From Ruminococcus sp. (GTDB lineage Bacteria; Bacillota; Clostridia; Oscillospirales; Acutalibacteraceae), in NCBI GenBank assembly GCA_017405065.1, contig JAFRBD010000003.1:4962-68961 (forward strand): 64,000 nt of DNA. The letters run 5' to 3'. Of this stretch, positions 37,332 through 47,131 are shown piece by piece; the first letter of the stretch is position 1; each line of letters begins with the position of its first letter. The position numbers and the translations under genes are program-made. The notes beneath the pieces were generated by a model. That model was not told where the DNA came from, searched no databases, and worked only from the letters and a program-made list of their open reading frames with translations.

Positions 37332-38570
37332 TTAACCTAATACGCTGAGCAGAACGCCCGCCGCTACGGCAGAGCCGATCACGCCCGCGACGTTCGGGCC
37401 CATGGCGTGCATCAAAAGGAAATTGCCGGGATTCTCCTGCTGACCGACCTTGTTGGCGACGCGCGCCGCCATCGGGACGGCGGATACGCCTGCGGAACCG
37501 ATCAGCGGATTGACCTTGCCGCCGGTGACCTTATACATGATCTTGCCGAACAGCACGCCGCACGCTGTGCCCATGCAGAACGCCAACAGACCCAAGCCTA
37601 CGATGCCGAGGGTCTTCCACTGCAAAAAGACGGTACCGGTCGCGGTAGCGCCGACGGTCACGCCGAGGAAGATGGGGATAATATTCATCAGCTCGTTCTG
37701 AGCAGTCTTATTGATACGCTCCACAACGCCGCTCTCCTTGAACAGATTGCCGAGCATCAGCATACCGATCAGCGGCGCCGCAGAGGGCAGGACGATCGCG
37801 CAGATAATGACGACGATGATCGGGAAGATGATCTTCTCGAGCTTTGAAACGGGACGGAGCTGTCCCATCACGACAGAGCGCTCCTTTTTTGTGGTCAGCA
37901 GCTTCATGATCGGCGGCTGGATGATCGGCACCAGCGCCATATAGGAATACGCCGCGACCGCGATCGGGCCCAGTAATTCGGGAGCAAGCTTGGAGGTGAC
38001 ATAGATCGCGGTAGGTCCGTCCGCGCCGCCGATGATGCCGATCGCGCCGGACTGGGCGGGCGTGAATCCCAAAAAGATCGCGCCGATAAAGGTGATGAAG
38101 ATACCGATCTGCGCCGCCGCGCCGAGGATAAAGCTCTTCGGGTTGGCGATCAGGGGACCGAAGTCGGTCATACAGCCGATGCCGAGGAAGATCAGGGGCG
38201 GGTAGATGCCGAGCTTGACGCCCTGATAGAGATAGTACAGCAAGCCGCCGTAGGTGGGCACATTATAATACGATACGCCGTTCATGGTGGTGACAGCGTA
38301 ATTGATGACCTGTCCCTGATGCGTCGCCTCATACGCCGAACATTCGATCAGCTCGGTGGACGGGGCGCCCATGATCGCGGGATAGAGGTTGACCAGCAGC
38401 ATACCGAAGGCGATCGGCAGGAGCAGGAGCGGTTCATACTGTTTTTTGATCGCGAGATACAGCAAGAGGCATGCTACGACGATCATCACATAGTTCTGCC
38501 ACGCCAGCTGTGTAAAGCCGGAATCCATCCACAAGCCCTTGAGAGCTTCTAAAAAGCCATTCCAAATCAT
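37332..38570 (-). CDS. oadB: Na+-translocating decarboxylase beta subunit (OadB/GcdB/MmdB family)
   Basis: Motifs EPLLLLPIAFG, IGGADGPT, AVAAYSYMAL and HAMGPNVAGV. Confidence 0.93.
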   Translation of the reverse strand: MIWNGFLEALKGLWMDSGFTQLAWQNYVMIVVACLLLYLAIKKQYEPLLLLPIAFGMLLVNLYPAIMGAPSTELIECSAYEATHQGQVINYAVTTMNGVSYYNVPTYGGLLYYLYQGVKLGIYPPLIFLGIGCMTDFGPLIANPKSFILGAAAQIGIFITFIGAIFLGFTPAQSGAIGIIGGADGPTAIYVTSKLAPELLGPIAVAAYSYMALVPIIQPPIMKLLTTKKERSVVMGQLRPVSKLEKIIFPIIVVIICAIVLPSAAPLIGMLMLGNLFKESGVVERINKTAQNELMNIIPIFLGVTVGATATGTVFLQWKTLGIVGLGLLAFCMGTACGVLFGKIMYKVTGGKVNPLIGSAGVSAVPMAARVANKVGQQENPGNFLLMHAMGPNVAGVIGSAVAAGVLLSVLG

Positions 38571-38582
38571 GACGATCCCCCC

Positions 38583-38957
38583 TTAAAACGGTCTGACATT
38601 GTCCGCAAGTCCCGCGCTGCGCCACGCGCTGCCGCGTGTGCCCGCTTTACGGATACTTTTGATACGGACGTCGGAGGAAGAATACATCGAATAGACCGCG
38701 GCGGAAATAACGGCGATCAGCGCGTCGTCATCCGTCCCGGGCTCCGCCTCGATGACCGCGACCGGCTCTTCCGGTTCACGCTCCGCTTTCGGCAGATCGG
38801 CGTTGCGCGACGCCTTTTTTGTTTGTTTTTTGTTCTGGATATTGTAGATGACGGTACCGTAGATCTTGATGATGCCGATGAGGATCAGCAATACCGAGAA
38901 TACAACAGCAAAGCCCGTCAGCAGAATGGTGATCGACAAAGTGATATTATCGCCCAT
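38583..38957 (-). CDS. OadG-family (gamma/delta) decarboxylase subunit
   Basis: N-terminal TM GFAVVFSVL, LIAVISAAV and C-terminal SAWRSAG; adjacent to the beta subunit. Confidence 0.8.
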   Translation of the reverse strand: MGDNITLSITILLTGFAVVFSVLLILIGIIKIYGTVIYNIQNKKQTKKASRNADLPKAEREPEEPVAVIEAEPGTDDDALIAVISAAVYSMYSSSDVRIKSIRKAGTRGSAWRSAGLADNVRPF

Positions 38958-39051
38958 GGTAAGCCTCCTGTCTGTGCATATTACTCTAATCTATAGTATA
39001 CACCATGCGCAAAAGGTTTTCAACCACTTTTTTGAGAACAGAGAACAGTTT

Positions 39052-39390
39052 GGTAAACGGTTAACGATTAACAGTGAAGAAAAAGCCTGACGGCTTTTGG
39101 ATTGATATAACAGGATATTACAATAACGCCCCCGACACTTCGAAATGCCGGGAGCGTTATTTCTTTCGCTGTCATTGCGAGGGAGCGGACACGCGTGTTC
39201 GTGACCGTGGTAATCCCACAAAGAGGAGCAGTCCATTCCTCTCACATCAAACGGTATTTACGTCAGGGGGATTGCCACAGCCTGCCCTTTCAGGGCACCG
39301 TCCTCATAAGAGGACGGCTGCGGGCTTCGCAATGACACTTACAAATCCGGGTGAGGGCGCAGCCCTCCCTTCGCCATTAACCGTTATCCT
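39052..39390 (-). repeat. Family A element, copy 10 (arms GGTTAAC / CCGTTAT) with a nested family C element at 39170-39337
   Basis: AAA-GCCTGACGGC-TTTTGGAT...ATCCGGGT-GAGGGCGCAGCCCTC. Confidence 0.85.
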
Positions 39391-40867
39391 AAAGTATAAT
39401 GCAGATCAGCCCGTTGCAGCCGTCGTTGATGATCTTCTCCACCGTCTCCCCTATCTTGAGGCGCGCCTTCTCGGGCATGCGGTAGAGCTTGTTGTGCAGC
39501 CCTTCGTTGACGAGGTCGCTGACGGACTTGCCGAAGATATTGCTGTCCCATATTTTTGCGGGGCTCTCCTCGAACTCCTTGAGCAGGTAGCTCACCAGCT
39601 CCTCGCTCTGCTGCTCCGAGCCGACGATCGGCGTGACCTCGGCGTTGGTGCGCACGCGCATCATGTGGATGGACGGCGCAGAAGCTTTCAGACGGATACC
39701 GTACTTGCCGCTCTGGCGTACGATCTCGGGCTCCTCGAGGCTTAACTCCTCCATCGTCGGCATCACGATACCGTAGCCCTTTTCGAGGACGTCCTCATAC
39801 GCCTTGCCGATGCGGTCGTAGCTGCTCTTGGCGCGCGCCAGCTCGCAGATACATTCCATCAGCTCGCGCTCGTCGGTGATATCGATACCGCTTTTTTCTG
39901 TCAGGATGCGGTAGAAAAGCTCGGGCTTGAGCCTGACCGAAAGATCCGCTCTGCCGACGCCGAGATCCATTTCACTGAGCTGAGCGGATTCGATGTATTC
40001 GTTCTCTTCGAGCGCGGGCGCCATATCCTGCACCTCGCGGATCCTGCCGACGTCCTTTGCGCTGTCGCGGATCGCGGAGAAGACCGCACCGCGCAGCCAG
40101 TTGTCGCGTTCAAGCCCCCTGAGCCATCCGGGGAGGTCAACGTGTATCTCGCGGATCGGGAATTCGAACAGCAGCGCCGCCAGAATCCCCTTGACCGTGT
40201 TTTCATCCATCACGGCGCAGTCTACCGCGACGGCAGGCGCTCCGTAGCTGCGGCTCAGCGACGCCGCTAAGGCGGACGCAGACGCGCTCTCGGGAGCGGT
40301 GGTGTTGAGCAGGATGATGAACGGCTTTCCCGCCGCAGTCAGCTCCGCGGCGACGCGCTGTTCGGCGTCGATGTAATCCTCGCGGTCGATATCGCCGATC
40401 GAACCGTCGGTGGTGACCATGACGCCTACCGTGCTGTGGTCGGTGATGACCTTTTTGGTGCCCAGCTCCGCCGCCTTGCGGAAGGGCATTTCCGTTTCGC
40501 TCCAGGGCGTATGCACCATACGCTCTCCGTCTTCTTCAACATAGCCCATTGCGCTCTCGACGACATAGCCGACACAGTCGATCATCCGTACGCTCAGGCG
40601 TGCATTGTCTTCAAGCGTAACAGGAACGGCGTTTTCGGGGACGAACTTCGGCTCCGTTGTCATGACGGTACGTCCGGCGGCGCTCTGCGGCAGTTCATCT
40701 GTCGTGCGCTCGCGCAGGTTTTCGTCGGTGATATGCGGCAGCACCAGCGTATCCATAAACCGCTTGATAAAGGTGGATTTCCCCGTACGTACCGGCCCGA
40801 CGACGCCGATATAGATATTTCCGCCGGTACGGCTCTCTATATCTTTATAAATGCTTTTTGGTTCCAT
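39389..40867 (-). CDS. spoIVA: Stage IV sporulation protein A
   Basis: Motifs GVVGPVRTGKSTFIKRF, MTTEPKFVP and PIVGSEQQSEEL. Confidence 0.98.
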   Translation of the reverse strand: MEPKSIYKDIESRTGGNIYIGVVGPVRTGKSTFIKRFMDTLVLPHITDENLRERTTDELPQSAAGRTVMTTEPKFVPENAVPVTLEDNARLSVRMIDCVGYVVESAMGYVEEDGERMVHTPWSETEMPFRKAAELGTKKVITDHSTVGVMVTTDGSIGDIDREDYIDAEQRVAAELTAAGKPFIILLNTTAPESASASALAASLSRSYGAPAVAVDCAVMDENTVKGILAALLFEFPIREIHVDLPGWLRGLERDNWLRGAVFSAIRDSAKDVGRIREVQDMAPALEENEYIESAQLSEMDLGVGRADLSVRLKPELFYRILTEKSGIDITDERELMECICELARAKSSYDRIGKAYEDVLEKGYGIVMPTMEELSLEEPEIVRQSGKYGIRLKASAPSIHMMRVRTNAEVTPIVGSEQQSEELVSYLLKEFEESPAKIWDSNIFGKSVSDLVNEGLHNKLYRMPEKARLKIGETVEKIINDGCNGLICIIL

Positions 40868-40896
40868 GCTTTCCTCCGATACTGTTGATACTATTT

Positions 40897-40925
40897 ATTT
40901 ATGCGATAGCAAGGAATGATATGAC
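40897..40925 (-). promoter_or_regulatory. Putative sigma-E promoter of spoIVA
   Basis: GTCATAT-N15-CATAAAT on the minus strand. Confidence 0.55.
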
Positions 40926-40990
40926 AGGATCGGAAGCCTTCCTGTTCGGCAATTCCTCATTCCTAATTCCTCATTCCTGATTATTTGTTG

Positions 40991-42517
40991 TTATGCCGTC
41001 GGTATCACCAGCATCATACCGCCCTCAATACCGTCGCCCTGCAAATCGTTTTCGTCGATCACATCCTGCACGCGGGAACAAAAGCGCTTGGAGATATCCC
41101 ATACGCTGTCGCTGCTTTCGGTAAAATAGAGGATCAGCGCACTGTTTTTCTCTCCGGCGGGAGCATCGTCGTCCGACGAAATATCCGTCAGTACCGTACA
41201 GGTTTTGCGCGAGCATAGGGTAAGACGGTAAGAAAGCTCCGCCCGCAGTTCCAGATGACGGCTGTCGGTCAGACGGTAGCTCAGGCTGTCGACGGCGGTT
41301 TTGTATCGCATGATTTCTTCACAGCCCCCGGTATCGGGCTGATACGAAAACTCCGCGTCGCGCTCGACACAGCGTATCTCACCCTCGCTGTTCTCGTAAA
41401 GGATCGCGACGCACAGCTTGGTGTTCAGCACGGTATTTCCGCCGCTGCTGATAACAGAAGTATTCACCTTTTCGCAGTGGACGTCGATCACTTTGCCGAT
41501 CTCATCCTCCACGCCGACATTGGTTTTACCGACGTCGGTATAGGTACGGCAGATAACGCCCGATCGGCAGGAAAACGGCTCCTCGCGCGCCTGCACCTCT
41601 CTGTCAACGGAAAAAGCGTCGGACAGCACCGCGATCTCCCGTTCTTCATAACACCGCGCGGTAAAGCACAGCTTCGCGTCGAGCAGCAATAGCTGTGATC
41701 CGTCAGCCGCATCGTCGGAAAGGCGCACATCGGCGCTCATCACGCTCAGCTCGCCGTCGATCACGGCGTTTTCGGCGGCGCCCTCACAGTCCGCCACGCG
41801 GGAGATCGGTATATTGTAGGACATACACTCCGTCTGAGGCTGATCCACGCCGCACAGATACATCAGCTCGAGCTTCAGATCGGCATTGAACATGATCTTG
41901 TTATGGATGGTTTTCAGCTCCGTGATCCGCGCGGAAAGCCGATGGGTCAGCAGTGAGCTGACGCCGCTCTTGGCATTCACGGAGACGTCCTCCTGCACGG
42001 AAAAGGACTCCGTACACAGCCCGCACAGCGAAGACGCGGAGATCTCTTCGCTTCTGACCTGCAGATCGTCGTCTTCCTCGTAAGAATAATAGGGTGCGTC
42101 GCAGGATTCTTCTACCACCGCGCACAGCGAGAACGCCCCGTGCAGGCTGAGTTTACGCGGACTCATTGCGCGGCAGTTCATATACTCGGGCTTGGCTTCT
42201 ACGGATACGGCGCAGTCGGCGACGTCGCCCTTGAGCGGCAGGCTCTCGGAAAACGGCTGGGTGTGCTCGTAGGAGCGCATACAGCCGCGGTCGCCGTCGA
42301 GGTACAGGATCCGCACCGTGGAGCCTCCCTCTACGCTCAGACGGTCGCCGCTGACGTTGCTCATGTAGATCCGGGGATCGAGCGTACAGGACAGGATCCG
42401 CTCGACGTCGGGGCAGTAATCGGGCAGCGTCAGATCGATATCCACCGCCTGCTCCGCCGCCGTATCCAGCGCACAGCGCGCTGCTTTGATGTTTTTCTTT
42501 GTCAGATGATATTCCAT
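40991..42517 (-). CDS. SipL-like spore coat protein (DUF3794/SPOCS domains + C-terminal LysM-like domain)
   Basis: LPDYCPDVERIL and C-terminal DSVWDISKRF...N; adjacent to spoIVA; sigma-E-like GTCATAT-N15-CATATGCT at 42546-42575. Confidence 0.8.
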   Translation of the reverse strand: MEYHLTKKNIKAARCALDTAAEQAVDIDLTLPDYCPDVERILSCTLDPRIYMSNVSGDRLSVEGGSTVRILYLDGDRGCMRSYEHTQPFSESLPLKGDVADCAVSVEAKPEYMNCRAMSPRKLSLHGAFSLCAVVEESCDAPYYSYEEDDDLQVRSEEISASSLCGLCTESFSVQEDVSVNAKSGVSSLLTHRLSARITELKTIHNKIMFNADLKLELMYLCGVDQPQTECMSYNIPISRVADCEGAAENAVIDGELSVMSADVRLSDDAADGSQLLLLDAKLCFTARCYEEREIAVLSDAFSVDREVQAREEPFSCRSGVICRTYTDVGKTNVGVEDEIGKVIDVHCEKVNTSVISSGGNTVLNTKLCVAILYENSEGEIRCVERDAEFSYQPDTGGCEEIMRYKTAVDSLSYRLTDSRHLELRAELSYRLTLCSRKTCTVLTDISSDDDAPAGEKNSALILYFTESSDSVWDISKRFCSRVQDVIDENDLQGDGIEGGMMLVIPTA

Positions 42518-42670
42518 TTTTTCGCTCCTTATAACTTGCTGATACAGCATATGTGAAACGAAGCGATAATATGACGGCAGCAAAACAGAACAGCGCGGCG
42601 ATCTGCTTATTGATTACTAACAGCGGTTGTGTTATGATAGACTCATAACAGCTAAACGGGAATGATTGAG

Positions 42671-43306
42671 ATGAAAAAAAGATTCACACGACTGATTGCA
42701 CTGATCCTGATACTCGCCGCGGCGTTCTGTCACACCGCCTGCTCCTCCGATAAAAAGCCCGTCGGCAAATGGGTATCCGAATATGAAGTGAAGCCGACGC
42801 TGGACGCCATTATCACAGATGCTGCCGCACAGGCGGAAACCGGCTTTCAGAAAACCATCTTTGAAAGAATCAGCGCGGCGTATGAAAACATCTGTGTGGA
42901 TATGACGCTTACATTCAGCGAAGACGATACCTATCGGATCGGGTTCGATCGGGACAGCGTGAACGCGGCGATCGATACCATCCGAACGAACGTCGGCAGC
43001 GAGATCACAGCCGCCTACACGGATTTCTACGGACAGTACGGCTTATCCCCGCTCGGGACGTTTGACGATCTTACCGATCAGGTGATGGCGGCGTTCGACT
43101 TGGAGAACAGGTTCAGCGAAACGCTTTCCGGCGCCTACGCCGTCAAGGGCGATAAGCTCTTCTTCGACTCGGATACCGACGGAAGCGATTATGTGATTTA
43201 CACCGTGAAGGACGACACGCTGACCGTTATCGAGCTGTCCGAAAACATCGCAAACAGAGGATCGGCTTACGGAGACCTTGTCAGAGAGTTTACAAAATCA
43301 GAATAG
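42671..43306 (+). CDS. Hypothetical lipoprotein
   Basis: MKKR + hydrophobic stretch + lipobox-like TAC. Confidence 0.7.
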   Translation: MKKRFTRLIALILILAAAFCHTACSSDKKPVGKWVSEYEVKPTLDAIITDAAAQAETGFQKTIFERISAAYENICVDMTLTFSEDDTYRIGFDRDSVNAAIDTIRTNVGSEITAAYTDFYGQYGLSPLGTFDDLTDQVMAAFDLENRFSETLSGAYAVKGDKLFFDSDTDGSDYVIYTVKDDTLTVIELSENIANRGSAYGDLVREFTKSE

Positions 43307-43581
43307 GTTTGCTCACAGCAAAGCGGGACAGGCGCGCGTCTGTTCCGCTTTTTTAAATACAAATATGATCCGATAAAGCGCATAAAGAAAGAGGGAAAGG
43401 ATTTCTCCCTTCCCTCTGAAAGTTTAGATGATATGCGGTTTTTGTTATTTCTGTCATTCCGAGGAGGACAAAGCCCAACACGGGAACCCCTTGCCGGAAA
43501 TACCGTTCTGTGTGAGAAAGGTACTGCTCCGCTTTGTGGGATTGCCGCGGCTCTTACGAGCCTCGCAATGACTGAAAACAA

Positions 43582-44124
43582 TCAGCCGAAATATCTCTTC
43601 AAGAGACCCTTGAAGCCTGCGCCGTGTCTTGCCTCATCCTTCGCCATCTCGTGGACGGTGTCGTGGATGGCGTCAAGGTCGGCAGCCTTCGCGCGCTTGG
43701 CGAGATCGAGCTTGCCGGCGCAGGCGCCTGTCTCAGCCTCGGCGCGCAGCTCGAGGTTCTTCTTGGTGGAGTCGGTCAGGACTTCGCCCAGCAGCTCGGC
43801 GAATTTCGCCGCATGCTCCGCCTCTTCAAAAGCATACTTGGTGAACGCGGCGGAGATCTCGGGATAACCCTCTCTGTCGGCGACTCTTGCCATTGCCAGA
43901 TACATACCGACCTCAGAGCACTCGCCCTCGAAATTGGAGCGCAGATCAGCCTTGATATCCTCGGCAACATCCTTTGCGATACCGACAACATGCTCGCAGG
44001 CAAAACCGGCGTCGTCGCTCATTTTGTTGAACTTCTCACCGGGGATCTTGCACTGGGGGCATCTCTCGGGAGGCGTATCTCCCTCATAAACGTAACCACA
44101 TACGGGGCAAACCCATTTTGTCAT
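43582..44124 (-). CDS. Reverse rubrerythrin (NADH peroxidase, Rbr3-like)
   Basis: N-terminal CPVC...CPQC rubredoxin-like site, then EAEH and EARH di-iron motifs. Confidence 0.93.
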   Translation of the reverse strand: MTKWVCPVCGYVYEGDTPPERCPQCKIPGEKFNKMSDDAGFACEHVVGIAKDVAEDIKADLRSNFEGECSEVGMYLAMARVADREGYPEISAAFTKYAFEEAEHAAKFAELLGEVLTDSTKKNLELRAEAETGACAGKLDLAKRAKAADLDAIHDTVHEMAKDEARHGAGFKGLLKRYFG

Positions 44125-44143
44125 AATTATTTCCTCCTTTTTG

Positions 44144-44158
44144 TAATAGTAATGATAA
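44144..44158 (-). promoter_or_regulatory. Possible PerR/Fur-family operator upstream of the rubrerythrin gene
   Basis: TTATCATTACTATTA resembles TTATAATnATTATAA; AT-rich, so the match is weak. Confidence 0.4.
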
Positions 44159-44418
44159 AATCGGTTGTCCAAATCATACCATACGGCAGATAAAATAAAT
44201 TTCTGTATCGGAATAATAACAGCTTTTGCGGCATATTATTTTATGCGATGTCATTGCGAGGGGCAAAGCCCCGTGGCAATCCCACAAAGAGGAGTAAAAC
44301 TCTTCCGGCGGGCTGAGATGCTTATCGGCTTCCAAAAAACCTCCGCCCCTGTTCGGAGCACCCTTAGAAAAGGGAGGCTTGAACCTCGCAATGACAATTT
44401 GAAGTGGAGTTGATATTT

Positions 44419-44961
44419 ATGCCGTCAGTATTTTTGAGTCCGTCCTTGCAGGAATGGAATCCCTACGTCAACGGAGGCAACGAGGAGTACTATATGAACC
44501 TTGTCGCCGACGCGATCGAGCCGTATCTGCGCGCTTCGGGGATCAGCTACGCCCGCAATTCTCCGAGCCAGACGCTCAGTCAGGCGATCGCGCAGTCTAA
44601 CGCGGGAAACTACGACCTGCATCTGGCGATCCACAGTAACGCCGCCGGAGAACAGAACAGCGGAAAGGTGCGCGGAACGGACGTATATTATTACCCAACC
44701 AGCAGCAAGGGAAAACGCGCCGCGGAGATCATCGCCGAGAATTACCGCGATATCTATCCCCTGCCCGATCGGGTCAAGACCGTCGCTTCATCCGCTCTTG
44801 CGGAGCTAAGGCGCACCAAAGCCCCCGCCGTGCTGATCGAGACCGCCTACCACGACAATCTCGCCGATGCGGAATGGATACAGGAGAACATCGGCGCGAT
44901 CGGCAGGAACTTAGCGCAGAGCATCGCGGAATTTTTAAACGTGCTTTTTGTCGATTTATAG
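44419..44961 (+). CDS. N-acetylmuramoyl-L-alanine amidase (Amidase_3), probably sporulation-related
   Basis: Motifs LAIHSNA, ELRRTKAPAVLIE and AYHDN. Confidence 0.88.
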   Translation: MPSVFLSPSLQEWNPYVNGGNEEYYMNLVADAIEPYLRASGISYARNSPSQTLSQAIAQSNAGNYDLHLAIHSNAAGEQNSGKVRGTDVYYYPTSSKGKRAAEIIAENYRDIYPLPDRVKTVASSALAELRRTKAPAVLIETAYHDNLADAEWIQENIGAIGRNLAQSIAEFLNVLFVDL

Positions 44962-45032
44962 TTGCATATGTGAGCAGCCGTGTGTTATAATGAAGTATAA
45001 TGCACGGCTGTACGTGTATCAATGGAGGTATT

Positions 45033-45695
45033 ATGATGGAAGAAAATATGATGAAAAGAATCAACAAGACGATGGAGCGCCTGCAGGCGCACAACATGGC
45101 GACATATTATGTCGAAACCAAGGAAGAGGTCGTACCGCTCCTGAAGACCCTGATGAAAGAGGGCGAGACCGTTACCCACGGCGGTTCCGTCACGCTGGGC
45201 GAATGCGGCGTGATCGAACTGCTCGACAGCGGCGACTATAACTATGTCGCCCGTTCCAAGGCAAAAAGCCCGGAGGAGATACAGGAGATCTACCGCAAAG
45301 CGTACTTTGCCGACACCTATCTCGCCAGCGCCAACGCCGTCACCGAGAACGGTCTGCTGTTCAATGTTGACGGCAACAGCAACCGTGTATCGGCGATCCT
45401 CTTCGGACCCAAGCAGGTCATTTTTATCTGCGGATACAACAAGATCGTCAAGGATCTGGACGAGGCTGTCACACGCCTGAAAACCGTCGCCGCGCCGAAG
45501 AACACCAAGCGGCTGAACTGTGATACCTACTGCGCCAAGGAAGGCGAATGTCTTGCGACGGGCGCAGACGCGTCGTATATGTGCGACGGCTGCCGAAGCG
45601 AACAGCGCATCTGCTGTAACTATGTCATATCCGCGCGTCAGCGTCAGAAAGACAGGATGAAGGTCATCATCGTAGGAGAAGAATTAGGCTACTGA
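45033..45695 (+). CDS. LUD-domain (lactate utilization-like) protein
   Basis: Motifs GGSVTL, SANAVTENG, VDGNSNRV and NKIV, plus a Cys-rich C-terminus. Confidence 0.85.
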   Translation: MMEENMMKRINKTMERLQAHNMATYYVETKEEVVPLLKTLMKEGETVTHGGSVTLGECGVIELLDSGDYNYVARSKAKSPEEIQEIYRKAYFADTYLASANAVTENGLLFNVDGNSNRVSAILFGPKQVIFICGYNKIVKDLDEAVTRLKTVAAPKNTKRLNCDTYCAKEGECLATGADASYMCDGCRSEQRICCNYVISARQRQKDRMKVIIVGEELGY

Positions 45696-45781
45696 TCAGC
45701 GGTCAGTTATTTGTTATTAGTTTTTAGTTGTTAGTAACCAGTAACCGGTAACCGGTAAACGGTAAACGGAGGCGAAGCCGG

Positions 45782-47131
45782 ATGAAAATGAACGACTATT
45801 TCGCGCGGATGAAAACCGTTCTGGGCAGCGATTACGACCGCTTTCTGGATACGGTGGACAAGCCCGCCTACAAGGCGATCCGCGTCAACACGCTGAAGAT
45901 CCTTCCCGAAGAACTGCTGCCGCTGCTGCCCTTTGCGGGAGAGCAGGTGCCCTTTGCCGAAACGGGCTATTACGTAGACGTTGAAAAGCTGGGAAAGCAT
46001 CCGCTCCACCACGCGGGCGCCTTCTACGTACAGGAGCCTTCGGCGATGTCCGCGGTGACGGCGCTGCATGTCAGCCCCGGCGACAAGGTGCTCGATCTGT
46101 GCGCTGCTCCGGGCGGTAAAAGCACCCAGATCGCCGCCGCCCTGAGCGGTACCGGTCTGCTGTGGGCGAACGAGATCGTCCGTCCGCGCGCGCATATCCT
46201 GCTGTCCAACATCGAGCGCATGGGCATCAAAAACGCCGTGGTCTCCAACATGACGCCCGAGGCGCTGTGTACGAGGCTCGAGGGCTTCTTTGACAAGGTG
46301 CTGGTTGACGCGCCATGCTCAGGCGAGGGCATGTTCCGCAAGGATAAGGAAGCGATCTACGAATGGTCGGTCGAGCACAGCCTTTCCTGCGCCGAAAGGC
46401 AGAAGGCGATCATGGACTGCGCCGCTCTCGCTGTCAAGCCGGAAGGCGAGATGGTCTACTCCACCTGCACCTTCTCCCCCGACGAGAACGAAGGGGTCGT
46501 CACACACTTTCTGAAAGAGCATCCGGAGTTCGAGCTGATCGAAACGGGCTGTAAATTCGGTACGCCGACGATGAAATATGCTTTGCGCATTTATCCCTTC
46601 CACGGCGGCGAGGGACATTTTGTCGCCAAGTTCCGCAAGACGAAGGGCAGGGCATACAAAGGCAGGATGTTCCGCTATATCGAACCGTCCCGCGAAGAAC
46701 GCACGGAGATCGAAAGATTCGTTGCCGATATCCTGCGCAACGTCAGCTTCCGCCATTATCACGTGATCGACGAACGCATCCTTAATCTGCCTGATACGGA
46801 GCTGCTGCCCGATATGGAGGGCATGAACATCCTGCGCGCCGGCGTGAAGCTCGGCGATTTCAAAAAGAACCGTATCGAGCCGCACCACAACCTTGCGACC
46901 TCGCTCACTCCCTATGAATTCAAGCGCAGACTGCTGACGGAATGCGACGACAATCTCTGCGCGCGCTATATCAGCGGCGAGGAGCTGGAGATCGACAATT
47001 GGATCAACGGCTGGGGCGTCGTGACGGTCAACGGCGTCACGCTGGGACTGGGCAAGGCGACAAACGGCCATCTGAAGAACAAATATCCGAAAGGACTGCG
47101 TACCCTCGCATGGAAAGACTTACAGATATAA
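45782..47131 (+). CDS. rsmF: RsmF/NOL1/NOP2-family rRNA m5C methyltransferase
   Basis: Motifs YVQEPSAM, DLCAAPGGK, VDAPCSGEG, YSTCT and KNKYPKGLR. Confidence 0.9.
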   Translation: MKMNDYFARMKTVLGSDYDRFLDTVDKPAYKAIRVNTLKILPEELLPLLPFAGEQVPFAETGYYVDVEKLGKHPLHHAGAFYVQEPSAMSAVTALHVSPGDKVLDLCAAPGGKSTQIAAALSGTGLLWANEIVRPRAHILLSNIERMGIKNAVVSNMTPEALCTRLEGFFDKVLVDAPCSGEGMFRKDKEAIYEWSVEHSLSCAERQKAIMDCAALAVKPEGEMVYSTCTFSPDENEGVVTHFLKEHPEFELIETGCKFGTPTMKYALRIYPFHGGEGHFVAKFRKTKGRAYKGRMFRYIEPSREERTEIERFVADILRNVSFRHYHVIDERILNLPDTELLPDMEGMNILRAGVKLGDFKKNRIEPHHNLATSLTPYEFKRRLLTECDDNLCARYISGEELEIDNWINGWGVVTVNGVTLGLGKATNGHLKNKYPKGLRTLAWKDLQI

